A stretch of 64,000 nucleotides of DNA from Candidatus Magasanikiibacteriota bacterium (GCA_016189025.1 JACPGS010000029.1:15911-79910), one strand, 5' to 3'; counted from the first letter of the stretch, positions 43,301 to 51,238 are shown. Program-made: numbers and translations. The notes: generated by a model from the sequence alone, not told the origin.

Positions 43301-43871
43301 CAATTTTGTCCTCTACTCCATACCAGTTAACTCGTGGCAATTCCCGGGCGGAAAGATATAGTTGAATGGCGGCCAAGAGGTCAGAATCCAGCAGTTTTTG
43401 AATTTTTGCCAACGCTTCATCGCCCCGCTTCCAGGCCAGACTATTATGCATTCTTTCCACCTCTTCTTTAATTTTGTCTTCCCTTATCCCAGCCTCTCCC
43501 GCATAGCGGGTATAGAGGGGGAAAGCGATAGCATCGCCGGCATGTAGTGCTAGTCGCCGGGTCGCCATTTCCAGAAACTCCAGTCGTGCCTTGGGATGAT
43601 GCAACTGGCGGCTCGCTTCTAGGGCAAGGCGCGGGTCTGGGTTAATCCACTGGGTTTCAAATTCTTCCGCGACCGTTTTTACCCTATCTAGTTCTTCTCC
43701 CGGGGCATCAACTTCTTTGGGATCACGGTCCTGGTTTTCTCCTGATAAGTAAGTGTCAGTGAAGGTGTTGATGGTGGCGATAATTTCTTTGAGTCGAGGC
43801 GGCAACTCCATGGTTTCTGGCGGTGATAAAGTTTCTGGTGGCGGGCCGGTGGTTTCCGGATTTCTGATCAT
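40395..43871 (-). CDS. large hypothetical protein (1158 aa, no recognisable domain)
   Basis: Long uninterrupted ORF, alpha-helical/Pro-rich composition, no TM, no Walker motif; tightly packed between two paralogous small membrane genes. Confidence 0.6.
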   Translation of the reverse strand: MIRNPETTGPPPETLSPPETMELPPRLKEIIATINTFTDTYLSGENQDRDPKEVDAPGEELDRVKTVAEEFETQWINPDPRLALEASRQLHHPKARLEFLEMATRRLALHAGDAIAFPLYTRYAGEAGIREDKIKEEVERMHNSLAWKRGDEALAKIQKLLDSDLLAAIQLYLSARELPRVNWYGVEDKIAKMVDKRLQEKLAEGLEPTIAFYRQLPDETPGVDSAANELYELARKSCQTSTEILPCIKERLGNLPDVLASVATGYYRDSQEWTPAVRYEIFSQLQTQGTKPSMLQRFSLRDFPPEHRTAAAPAIFAARQKYNPATIIRDFDEFEPLFLALPEAEQAKIIDAAIPIYYNYLTRFYPIIPLTPEQRLKWLTEVADHETSSLPIIPVEFTRPERDSIIDILVGRHVFHLLDEGVLAKLQLSPEEISAVKLRLCRENPWERLKYSAFPLSLEERREIIHTIIQRLPTLNLELLHDGFYQKKITELTMAYPAETQANLRQAFVELPPSFFCPTEFLKYPAILQALLPPETLNSLAENFSWQPIYGKLLKSHPRAAREKYDPWKTDLDPLVEQALTRGVLRRDSAEDAELLKDFVHTYGMYNLPTLLRWHVAISRSEKITDLPAEVRQELTSTLGIRLEELPNKGFIINEIKKFGRRLQTALLADQVPPELNTDLGLEFFHAIKGATSWEQKNDDPRKNIQLWQTTVAANPDQAALPAGYQEVTFKLPSVASSREQIPQAQAAREQEILTNPDLRGWVKKLDVAYRTARNIDQLPHWWAEEHQRLVLEIDQQIARLDELATAWETEKPVNRKALTRQRQTLVETRATLERLEAPTLSPDRGARDRELISWLEAILMLLPKKVIDRDRLLQIISAYHSLLVMPDGRQSVIERALEENTEVSSATQVELWYNHLGEYLNEHYLNNKQEEHRTGHQPFSSTLLKELQLVWGIKPKLQKHPLVIAAEQLSALQQTETPLVKAGGKTVEVTLVPVRGILRIYAGDIGDACFTSHHRAFARGEYRTITPLIFVTGRHTPQERLRGSVLAIETKTPQGELVLLVRANNPQEGLLSQVVPDTLIAQTLAALRQIAAQRNIPHTVVPLDQTSRSSTNRPEVARYYEQHFKEQPKVTLIKEPVTNFNGYANWNPEGEHPVVEI

Positions 43872-43887
43872 AATATTATAACGGAAT

Positions 43888-44133
43888 TCAATGGTTCCTA
43901 TTTACCGATCGTTGTTTAGATTTGATCCGGTAAATTTCATATCCACTGGCAGTGGTAAAAATTATCTGCAGGGGAATAAAAATCGGGTCGCGCAGATAAA
44001 TGCTGTAGGCAAGCAGGCACAATCCGCCGAGCACAAAAATCCAGTCCTGTTTAATCTCGTTTTTGATGTAAATGCCGTAGGTAATCAGCAGCACGCCGAT
44101 TACTCCTAGGATTTTGAACAAGAGGTTAACCAC
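43888..44133 (-). CDS. small membrane protein, paralog of 40100..40393
   Basis: 81 aa, AT-rich copy. Confidence 0.5.
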   Translation of the reverse strand: MVNLLFKILGVIGVLLITYGIYIKNEIKQDWIFVLGGLCLLAYSIYLRDPIFIPLQIIFTTASGYEIYRIKSKQRSVNRNH

Positions 44134-44138
44134 AAATA

Positions 44139-44498
44139 TTAAACTTTAATCTCATCCTCGGCCCGCCAGGCCGGGTCAACCAGGCAAAGGAATTCTAAAT
44201 CTTCGTTGCCGGTGTTAGCAATCCATTGTACGGCGCGGGGCGGAATATAGACGGTGTCGTAAAGTTCTACGGCGGCGGTTTCCTCGCCAATGTGCATGGT
44301 GCCGCGTCCTTTGATGATAAAGTAAACTTCAGAAGCAGCCAGAGCATGCGGAGAAGTTTTATTGCCTGGGGCTACCTTGGCATGGGCTAGACTGTAGCGG
44401 CTGTTGACCGCGTCGTGATGAGGACTAAGGGTTTCCCGCAGTCGCGCGCCGTCGGCGGCAGTAATTTCCGCGCAGTCAGCGAATTTTTTGATGAGCAT
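44139..44498 (-). CDS. cupin domain protein
   Basis: 119 aa, cupin beta-barrel motifs (…HAKVAPGNKTSPHALAASEVYFIIKGRGTMHIG…). Confidence 0.65.
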   Translation of the reverse strand: MLIKKFADCAEITAADGARLRETLSPHHDAVNSRYSLAHAKVAPGNKTSPHALAASEVYFIIKGRGTMHIGEETAAVELYDTVYIPPRAVQWIANTGNEDLEFLCLVDPAWRAEDEIKV

Positions 44499-44545
44499 AA
44501 ACCTATTTAATCTTGTACAATTGGAGGAATTCTTGAGATTAACGA

Positions 44546-44592
44546 AAGGGATTCCTCGGTCGCCTAAGGCGACCTCGGAATGACAACGAGAG
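44546..44592 (-). repeat. short dispersed repeat copy C (GTCATTCCGAG…GGAATCCC) downstream of trxB
   Basis: Reverse complement carries gtcattccgaggtcgccttaggcgaccgaggaatccc. Confidence 0.35.
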
Positions 44593-44600
44593 CGACCGCC

Positions 44601-45545
44601 TCATTTTAATTTGTTTAGATAATCAATCGCCGTGAGCGCGGCGGTTACTCCCTGGCCGGCGGCAATGGCGATTTGTTTGTAGGGAATATTGGTAACGTCG
44701 CCGGCGGCGAAAATTCCCGGGCAGCTGGTGCGGCCGAGCAGGTCCACTTCAATTTCGCCCTGGGCATTTTTTTTGACGCAGTCAATAAACTGCGAATTGG
44801 GAATCATGCCGACGTGCACCATCACCCCCTGCACGGCAATTTGCTGGACTTGGCCGGCCGCATCTTGATACTTCAGCCCCGTTACCACCTTGTCACCCAC
44901 AATTTCCGTGGTGTTGGCCTCGTAAATAATTTCCACATTTTTTGCCGCTTTTACTTTTTCAATCAAAATCGCCTCGCCCTTGGGGAAGCCGCCCTGGGTA
45001 GCCGGGGTATTGGGGTATTTAGTGAGTAAATATACTTTACTGGCGATTTCCATCATCATCAGCGCCGATTCCAGGGCGCTGTTGCCGGCGCCGATGGTGG
45101 CGGTAACCTTGCCGGTAAATAACGGCCCGTCGCAGACAGTGCAGGAGGTAACGCCGTGGTGCAGTAGCGGTTTTTCTCCCGGTACGCCTAACTCCCGAGG
45201 GTGAATGCCGGTGCCAACAATCACGGTTTTAGTCTGGTAAGTTTTGATTTCGCCGGCGGAATTTTTGGCGGTAACGACGTGATAGTTTTTTTCCGGTTTA
45301 ACTGAAATTACCTCGGCGCCTTCGTCAGCCGCGACGCCATAGGATTTCAAGTGTTCCGCGAATTTTTCCGCCAGGTCAAACCCTTGAATATCAATAATGC
45401 CCGGCCAGTTGTTGACCGCGCCGGAGAGCGCCACTTCGCCGCCCAGGTCTTTGGCAATTATCAGGAAGTTCAGTTTGCGCCGGGCGGCGTAAATACCCGC
45501 AGCCGAGCCGACCGCCGCGCCGCCGATGACAATTAAATCGTACAT
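44601..45545 (-). CDS. trxB: thioredoxin-disulfide reductase
   Basis: GGAAVGSAAGIYAARR FAD motif, SCTVCDG redox-active disulfide. Confidence 0.9.
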   Translation of the reverse strand: MYDLIVIGGAAVGSAAGIYAARRKLNFLIIAKDLGGEVALSGAVNNWPGIIDIQGFDLAEKFAEHLKSYGVAADEGAEVISVKPEKNYHVVTAKNSAGEIKTYQTKTVIVGTGIHPRELGVPGEKPLLHHGVTSCTVCDGPLFTGKVTATIGAGNSALESALMMMEIASKVYLLTKYPNTPATQGGFPKGEAILIEKVKAAKNVEIIYEANTTEIVGDKVVTGLKYQDAAGQVQQIAVQGVMVHVGMIPNSQFIDCVKKNAQGEIEVDLLGRTSCPGIFAAGDVTNIPYKQIAIAAGQGVTAALTAIDYLNKLK

Positions 45546-45559
45546 AATTAAGCTGAGAT

Positions 45560-45739
45560 TGTAGAAGAATGTTGACGATAATCGTTATCTGCCTAGTCGC
45601 TATCGCTATTGCTAAAATTAGCCTGGTTAGTCGCGGCAGACACTCTTTGGGTGCTCCCCCGACTTTAGATCGGGGTGCGCGCCCAAAGATACTCGTCTGC
45701 CGCTCCCTAATGCTGACTGGTATTTTTAATTCTTCTACA
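45560..45739 (+). mobile_element. MITE-like repeat copy 2 (terminal inverted repeats, hairpin 45633..45703)
   Basis: Near-identical to 8286..8464; occupies the rpe-trxB intergenic region and ends 14 nt before the trxB start codon. Confidence 0.65.
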
Positions 45740-45742
45740 GTC

Positions 45743-46381
45743 TCAAGCTACTAACGTCTGCAGTACTGCGTATTCTTGGCGGGGATTATGCGCTTGTAGT
45801 AAGCCGTGCCCCACATTGGCAATCTCCACTCCCAAATCCCGCAGTTCCCTTATATTACTCCTATCCACCGCCCCGTCAACCGCGCACCGGGGTCGGCCCG
45901 GGCGGGCAGTAAAAGCAGCGATTTTGGCTTTAACTTCCGGGTGGAAGGCCTGGCCCTGGGCGCCGGGGGCAACGGTCATGAACTGTAAAACTTTGATTGA
46001 TATTGATGATAAAAAAGGGTCGGCGGCGGAAAGCGGCGTTTTTGGATTTAATACCAGTCCCGCTTCCCAGCCGGCGGTTTGAGCGGCAGCGACGCCCGCC
46101 GCCGGATTATTGGCTTCAACCTGCACCAGGGCGCGGAACACGCCGCGCACCCCTTGCCAGCGTTTAATTTCCGCCGCGGGGTCGGCCACCATCAGGTGCA
46201 GTTCGGAGCGATCAGGGAGCGGCAGTTCGTTCAAGCGTTCGCGCTCGGGAAAAGTTCGGTGCGGCACAAACACGCCATCCATCACATCCAGGTGGAGATA
46301 AGGGGCGAGACCCCCCACTCGTTCTAGGGCGGCAGTAAACTCATCAAAAGTCAGCGCTAAAATAGCTGGGATAATCAGCAT
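45743..46381 (-). CDS. rpe: ribulose-phosphate 3-epimerase
   Basis: HLDVMDGVFVP and VAPGAQGQAF blocks. Confidence 0.8.
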   Translation of the reverse strand: MLIIPAILALTFDEFTAALERVGGLAPYLHLDVMDGVFVPHRTFPERERLNELPLPDRSELHLMVADPAAEIKRWQGVRGVFRALVQVEANNPAAGVAAAQTAGWEAGLVLNPKTPLSAADPFLSSISIKVLQFMTVAPGAQGQAFHPEVKAKIAAFTARPGRPRCAVDGAVDRSNIRELRDLGVEIANVGHGLLQAHNPRQEYAVLQTLVA

Positions 46382-46384
46382 AGG

Positions 46385-46828
46385 CTAGGCGTCAATTGCT
46401 TCCACTTCTTTTAGCCGGCGCAGATACCGTGCGGTGCGTTCAAATTCGGTGGCCAGGAATTTTTTGACAATCGCGGCCGCGTGCTCGGGCGTTAAAAAGC
46501 GGCCGGCCAGGCAGAGCACGTTTAAGTTATCTTCTTTACGTCCCCGCTCGGCCGCTTCAATGTTATAGCCAACCCCGGCGCGAACCCCCCGCACCTTATT
46601 CGCCACTAGGCACACGCCGTGGCCCGTGCCGCAAATTAAAATGCCGCGATGTTCGCGCTTGCCGGCTACCCGTTTAGCCAGCTTTTGGGCGATTAGGGGG
46701 TAATCGTCCTCGGGATCATAACGGCTCGGCCCCAAATCCACTACCTTTATCTTAAGTTGGGTAGTCAAGTAGCGTTTGAGGTATTTTTTCAGCTGATACC
46801 CGGCGTGGTCAGAGGCGAGATAGAGCAT
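46385..46828 (-). CDS. rpiB: ribose-5-phosphate isomerase B
   Basis: MLYLASDHAG…ICGTGHGVCLVANK; start trimmed to Met17. Confidence 0.85.
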   Translation of the reverse strand: MLYLASDHAGYQLKKYLKRYLTTQLKIKVVDLGPSRYDPEDDYPLIAQKLAKRVAGKREHRGILICGTGHGVCLVANKVRGVRAGVGYNIEAAERGRKEDNLNVLCLAGRFLTPEHAAAIVKKFLATEFERTARYLRRLKEVEAIDA

Positions 46829-46921
46829 ATTGGTAGAGGCGGATTTACGCTGAAAGCTGCGCGGCTGTACACGCAAGAATAAAGCATAACAATAAGATAA
46901 TTATAGGGTACCGGGCGCCTA

Positions 46922-46950
46922 TTGACAAGAGCGCTATTTTGTGCTATTCT
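46922..46950 (+). promoter_or_regulatory. sigma70-like promoter (TTGACA-17-TATTCT) upstream of the DGR target gene
   Basis: Read from sequence; followed by a 16-codon uORF and a leader of about 160 nt. Confidence 0.45.
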
Positions 46951-47117
46951 ATACCGTTATGATGGTAATGAAAAGTCGCTCTTTAATTAGTGTCTTCAGC
47001 TTTCTTTAGCCTTATTTTATCAAAAGTAAGCCCAAAAGAAGGCTGGTAAACCAGCACTTCCTCTTTGCCACGTGGCAAGGAGTAAGCCCTTTACGAAAAG
47101 GGCAGAAAGGGATCGCT

Positions 47118-47588
47118 ATGAGCGATCTCCGCGCGTTGGCACACCTGGAAGAGCAGCTTGGCGAGGCCCGTTGGCAAGCTCTGATCAGCTCGGGTAACAC
47201 CGGGAAGATCAAGGAGTTCCTGGACACCCTCCCCGAGTGCGCCATCCCCACCGAGATGATCCTCGGCGGGGTCGCCTACGACATCCTCTCGTTCCTCCGG
47301 GGTGAGCAGTCGGTGAAGGGCGACCTCATGGTCGAGCGGGCCAAGGAGATGGGCGCTCACCAGGGTAAGAAGGAGCGCGAGCATCTCCTTGCTTACCAGG
47401 ATGAGATCCCCGTCGCGCTCCGCGGCAAGGTCGTCTTCGTCTTCACCGACGACCGGCGCCCGGGCGGCCCCGAGTACGTCTGCTGCGTCTGCTGGGACGA
47501 CGACCGCTGGGTCTCGCGCTGGGACTGGCTCGACGGCGGCTTCTTCGGCCGCTGCCGGGTTCTCCGCCGCAAGTCCGCGCAGCCCTAG
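47118..47588 (+). CDS. DGR target (variable) protein, C-terminal variable repeat
   Basis: 156 aa, about 65% GC; last 39 codons form a VR matching the downstream TR except at TR adenines. Confidence 0.7.
   Translation: MSDLRALAHLEEQLGEARWQALISSGNTGKIKEFLDTLPECAIPTEMILGGVAYDILSFLRGEQSVKGDLMVERAKEMGAHQGKKEREHLLAYQDEIPVALRGKVVFVFTDDRRPGGPEYVCCVCWDDDRWVSRWDWLDGGFFGRCRVLRRKSAQP
47454..47570 (+). repeat. DGR variable repeat (VR)
   Basis: 117 bp aligned to 47956..48072; 20 mismatches, all at TR adenine positions; identical GC-rich 3' block ccgggttctccgccgc. Confidence 0.8.
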
Positions 47589-47660
47589 GATCCTTGGAAT
47601 CTCAGCACTGTCACAAACGGTGTCGGGGTCACTCGGTCCCTTCGGCTCGCGCCGCAACAA

Positions 47661-47695
47661 GCCCGCCCTAAACACTAGGGCGGGCGTATCATTTT
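47661..47695 (+). terminator. hairpin plus T-run downstream of VR (terminator / DGR-associated stem-loop)
   Basis: gcccgccc-taaacacta-gggcgggc followed by gtatcattttt. Confidence 0.55.
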
Positions 47696-47955
47696 TGTGG
47701 TATACTGTACCCTGGATAGTAAACGAAACAGTCCACGGTGGCGGTCGCTCAAGGCGACCAAAGCTTTGGGCGGTTGAACTCTGGATACACCAACCGGCCA
47801 GAATAGTTTGGCGCATGTCGCCAGCTAGCGTGCCATTGGTATACCCTAAAAATGATGATACTTGGTGCAAAATGCTGGTGAGATCAAGTCTCCAAATAAA
47901 ATACAGCCCTGAGAGTATTCAAAGGGTAGTGATACAGATGGCAATTTGCATAAAG

Positions 47956-48072
47956 CGGCACCCGGACGACCCCGAGAACGTCTACTACGTCTACTGGAAC
48001 GACGACCGCTGGGTCACGAACTGGAACTGGCTCGACAACGACTTCAACGGCAACTACCGGGTTCTCCGCCGC
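47956..48072 (+). repeat. DGR template repeat (TR)
   Basis: Non-coding copy of VR, enriched in AAC codons in the VR frame (N-N-N-N corresponding to D/G/C in VR). Confidence 0.8.
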
Positions 48073-48113
48073 CAGTCTTCTCATTCTCCCGTCCATGTGG
48101 CGGGAGTTTCATT

Positions 48114-48536
48114 TTATGACGATTCGAGTTTCCGTATCCACCCCCCAAGCATAATACCGGCCTCAGTCAACTTTCCTGCTAGTTGTGAGTATTGGTTTGT
48201 CTCAAGCCCCTTGGCCTCCCACAAAATTGTTATGAAAAATTTAAGGTGATCAAGTTTTTGCGCAAGTTGGGTAAGTACCGCTAATTTCTGTTCACGTTTA
48301 GCATACTGCGCTGTCAATGTCACAGCAACCAAATCCGTAAATAAAATATCTATTTTTACGCCCAGCGTATAGCGCGTGAGGCGAGGAAGGTGTTGTAAAA
48401 AATTATGCCACAACAAATAACTCTCTTTGAGCAAAGACAAAATGGGAATTTCAGTACTGCCCTGCCCGTGAGCAAATTTGCCGTGGGGGGGGGGGGGCTT
48501 GATAGCCGCGTCGGTGGAAAAATTCAATTGGCTCAT
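48114..48536 (-). CDS. accessory variability determinant (Avd)-like four-helix-bundle protein; N-terminus uncertain
   Basis: LPRLTRYTLGVKIDI…LKFFITILWEAKGL…TEAGIMLGGWIRK parallels Bordetella phage Avd (IPRKHG…LRFWLRFLAGIQ…AEVGRILGSWI). Confidence 0.65.
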   Translation of the reverse strand: MSQLNFSTDAAIKPPPPHGKFAHGQGSTEIPILSLLKESYLLWHNFLQHLPRLTRYTLGVKIDILFTDLVAVTLTAQYAKREQKLAVLTQLAQKLDHLKFFITILWEAKGLETNQYSQLAGKLTEAGIMLGGWIRKLESS

Positions 48537-49517
48537 AGTTACGAAAATATTATTTGCTTAGAAAATTTATGCTTAGCGTGGGAAGAATTTATCATCGGCA
48601 AGAAAAAGAAACAAGATGTTATAGATTTTGGTCGTAGCTTGATGGACAATATTGTAGAGCTTCACGAGGCGTTAGTCAATCGCACTTATCGCCACGGCAG
48701 TTACGAAAGTTTTTACATCACCGACCCCAAACGGCGGCATATCCACAAGGCCAGCATGCGCGACCGCTTGCTTCATCACGCAGTGTATAGGATTTTGTAT
48801 CCATTTTTTGACCGTACGTTTATTGGTGACTCTTTTTCTTGCCGAGATAACAAAGGCGTACATAAAGCGCTTAATCGTTTTCGGCGTCTAGCCTGGCGTG
48901 CCAGCCGCAACCATACGCGCAATGTCTGGGTGTTTAAGTGCGACATCCGCAAGTTTTTTGCGCGCGTTGACCACCAGATTTTGTTAGCGATTTTGCATAC
49001 CTATATTCCGGATACGGATATTTTACGGCTGCTGCAAAATATTATTGAGAGCTACCATACCGAAAGCAATCCTGGCATTGGCCTACCGCTTGGTAACCTC
49101 ACCTCACAGCTTTTCGCCAATGTGTATCTAAACCGGCTTGATCACTGGGCCAAGCACGCACTTAAGTCGCATTATTATGTGCGTTATGCCGATGATTTTG
49201 TTTTGCTTTCTCGCGACCGGTTCCAGTTAGCAGAAGCCCTACCAAAAATTCAGGAATTTTTGCAGACTCAACTAAAACTATCCCTGCACCCGGACAAAAT
49301 ATTATTAAAGACAGTAGCCTCGGGCATGGATTTTTTAGGCTGGGTACATTTTTCCAGCCATTGTTTGCTTCGTACCAAAACTAAACAGAGAATGTTACAG
49401 AATATCAGAAACTCAATCAGCGAGGCGGGTCTGACATCATATCTCGGCCTAATCAGCCATGGCAACACCGCCGGATTGCGCGAACGGGTGATGGAGGAGT
49501 ATTGGCTGTGGAATTAA
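48405..49517 (+). CDS. DGR-type reverse transcriptase; true start probably near 48528
   Basis: YENIICLENLCLAWEEFIIGKKKK N-terminal RT0 block, TSQLFANVYLNRLDH, YVRYADDFVLL (YADD) catalytic motif. Confidence 0.85.
   Translation: MPQQITLFEQRQNGNFSTALPVSKFAVGGGGLDSRVGGKIQLAHSYENIICLENLCLAWEEFIIGKKKKQDVIDFGRSLMDNIVELHEALVNRTYRHGSYESFYITDPKRRHIHKASMRDRLLHHAVYRILYPFFDRTFIGDSFSCRDNKGVHKALNRFRRLAWRASRNHTRNVWVFKCDIRKFFARVDHQILLAILHTYIPDTDILRLLQNIIESYHTESNPGIGLPLGNLTSQLFANVYLNRLDHWAKHALKSHYYVRYADDFVLLSRDRFQLAEALPKIQEFLQTQLKLSLHPDKILLKTVASGMDFLGWVHFSSHCLLRTKTKQRMLQNIRNSISEAGLTSYLGLISHGNTAGLRERVMEEYWLWN
48485..48497. repeat. 13-nt poly-G homopolymer at the avd/RT 5' junction
   Basis: Seen directly (ccgt G13 ctt). 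Confidence 0.9.
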
Positions 49518-50692
49518 AGTAACGATTTTGGATCTACTCGGAGAATCTTATCATCCCCGCTCCGGGGTTTGCCGCGACCGTCGGTGTTGGAGGTGGAAAG
49601 GTAGAGGTAACCATCGGGGCCAAGCGCAATTGCGCGCAGCCTGCCGTAATGACCGCGCCAATGGGCGCGCAGTTTTTTTACTTTCCCCGCGGGAGTAATT
49701 TCGGCTTCGTACAACGACTCGCCGCGCAGACCGGTAAAGAAAATCCGATCTTGGTAAAAAACTGCTCCGGCCGGCGCCCAGGTTTCTTTCGGGCCGGAGT
49801 TAATCACAGGCGTTTTCATCTGGGCGCGTTTTTCTTTTCCCTGAATCGTCGGCCAGCCATAATTCGCGCCTGATTCAATCAGATTTAATTCATCTAAACC
49901 CGATAGTATTCCTGACCGGCCATGTTCGGTTTCCCACAGCCGCCCTTGGTTATCCCAGGCCAATCCCTGGGCATTGCGGTGGCCATAGGAATAGACTGCC
50001 GTGCCCAAGGGATTGTTGGCGGGGATGCCTCCGTTATCGGCCAGGCGCAAAGTTTTGCCGGCGAGAGATTTCAGATTTTGCGCTAATTCTGGTTTGCCCG
50101 CATCGCCGGTAGTAATATATAGGAAACCATCCGGCCCAAAGGCGAGGCGTCCGCCGTCGTGGTAGGGCGCGCCGGGGATGTTATCAATAATGATTAAGGG
50201 GTCAGTAAGGAAATTTATCCATTGATCATTAACTAAATCAGCCTCCAAACGATAGCGGGTAATGCGGTTTTTTAAGGTAAAATCCGTGCCGGAAGTTTGG
50301 TAAAGATAAAGCCAGTGGTTGTTGTTATAATTTGGGTGAACTGCTAGGCCGAGCAGCCCTCCTTCGCCGGCCGCCGCGCCTCCATTCGGTACAGTAATAG
50401 TAGTAATTTTGCCGTCCGTAGTAATTTTGCGCAGCGTCCCGGGTCGCTCCGTTACCAGCATATCCCCGCCCGGCAGCCAGGCAATTTCCCAGGGAATGCG
50501 GAGGTTTTGGGCAACTACGGATACGGTGGAGGTAGGCAAGGCGGCCGGGGCGGTAACTTGTTCCAGCGCGCTCCCCGTGGGGCGATAGAGCAGATAGCCC
50601 AAAGGGTGCAGGGAACCTAGCAAGATGCCGAAGGCAGCAGCACCGGCAAACCAAAACATGACTATTGCTTGGTGGCGTCCTGGTATATTCAT
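49514..50692 (-). CDS. PQQ-dependent sugar dehydrogenase (soluble aldose dehydrogenase-like beta-propeller)
   Basis: GLLGLAVHPNY and HGRNAQGLAWD blocks, N-terminal signal/TM. Confidence 0.7.
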   Translation of the reverse strand: MNIPGRHQAIVMFWFAGAAAFGILLGSLHPLGYLLYRPTGSALEQVTAPAALPTSTVSVVAQNLRIPWEIAWLPGGDMLVTERPGTLRKITTDGKITTITVPNGGAAAGEGGLLGLAVHPNYNNNHWLYLYQTSGTDFTLKNRITRYRLEADLVNDQWINFLTDPLIIIDNIPGAPYHDGGRLAFGPDGFLYITTGDAGKPELAQNLKSLAGKTLRLADNGGIPANNPLGTAVYSYGHRNAQGLAWDNQGRLWETEHGRSGILSGLDELNLIESGANYGWPTIQGKEKRAQMKTPVINSGPKETWAPAGAVFYQDRIFFTGLRGESLYEAEITPAGKVKKLRAHWRGHYGRLRAIALGPDGYLYLSTSNTDGRGKPRSGDDKILRVDPKSLL

Positions 50693-50805
50693 ATGGCGCT
50701 ATTGTAGCAAGATTGGGGGTGCCAGGCAACCCGGGGAGTTGACGTTTGGCAGCTAAACCAATACAATTGTCTTGGTTAGTTTGACTAGTCTTTATTCTAT
50801 ATTGT

Positions 50806-51144
50806 ATGCCCAAAAAGAGCTGGGGAGGAGAACCGACAGGAGGATTATGGCGAGAGCCGGCGACGCCGCCTCCAGTGAAGCGCGGACACTGGCGCCGGGC
50901 GCTGGGTAGATATGAGGGATGGATGGGGTTGAACCTGGCCTTAGTAGCCCTTGAGCAGAAATTGAGCGAGCTTGGCCAGACCAGAAATTTTGAACTGATA
51001 GTTCAAATTGAACGCTTAATGACAGAATGCGGCGTTCATTTAAGCGGTGTTAAACAGGTCAGCCCCCCGGTCGCTCAAGAAATTACCGAATATTTGAGCC
51101 AAGTAAAGAGTTATCTGGATGCTCTGGCGGCTAAAATGGAATAA
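50806..51144 (+). CDS. hypothetical small protein (start uncertain)
   Basis: Immediately upstream of the Fic gene. Confidence 0.3.
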   Translation: MPKKSWGGEPTGGLWREPATPPPVKRGHWRRALGRYEGWMGLNLALVALEQKLSELGQTRNFELIVQIERLMTECGVHLSGVKQVSPPVAQEITEYLSQVKSYLDALAAKME

Positions 51145-51238
51145 ATTAATTTTTGGTTTGGTCAATCTCAACTTGCCCGCTTTTCTTAATATGGTATACT
51201 GTAAATACTTAACTAAACCATATTAAGCATGTTTACCT

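Noticed and set aside
46959-47009. 16-codon uORF (MMVMKSRSLISVFSFL) between the DGR promoter and the target gene
   Set aside because: No ribosome-binding site and no supporting evidence; noted only as part of the target leader.
47091-47870. 259-aa minus-strand ORF antisense to the DGR target
   Set aside because: GC-rich antisense frame with low-complexity A/P/R composition; the plus-strand gene is supported by the VR/TR relationship.
47389-48249. 286-aa plus-strand ORF spanning from inside the DGR target through the TR
   Set aside because: Its frame is open only because the TR is a near-copy of the VR coding sequence and the region is GC-rich; interpreted as TR plus spacer, not a gene.
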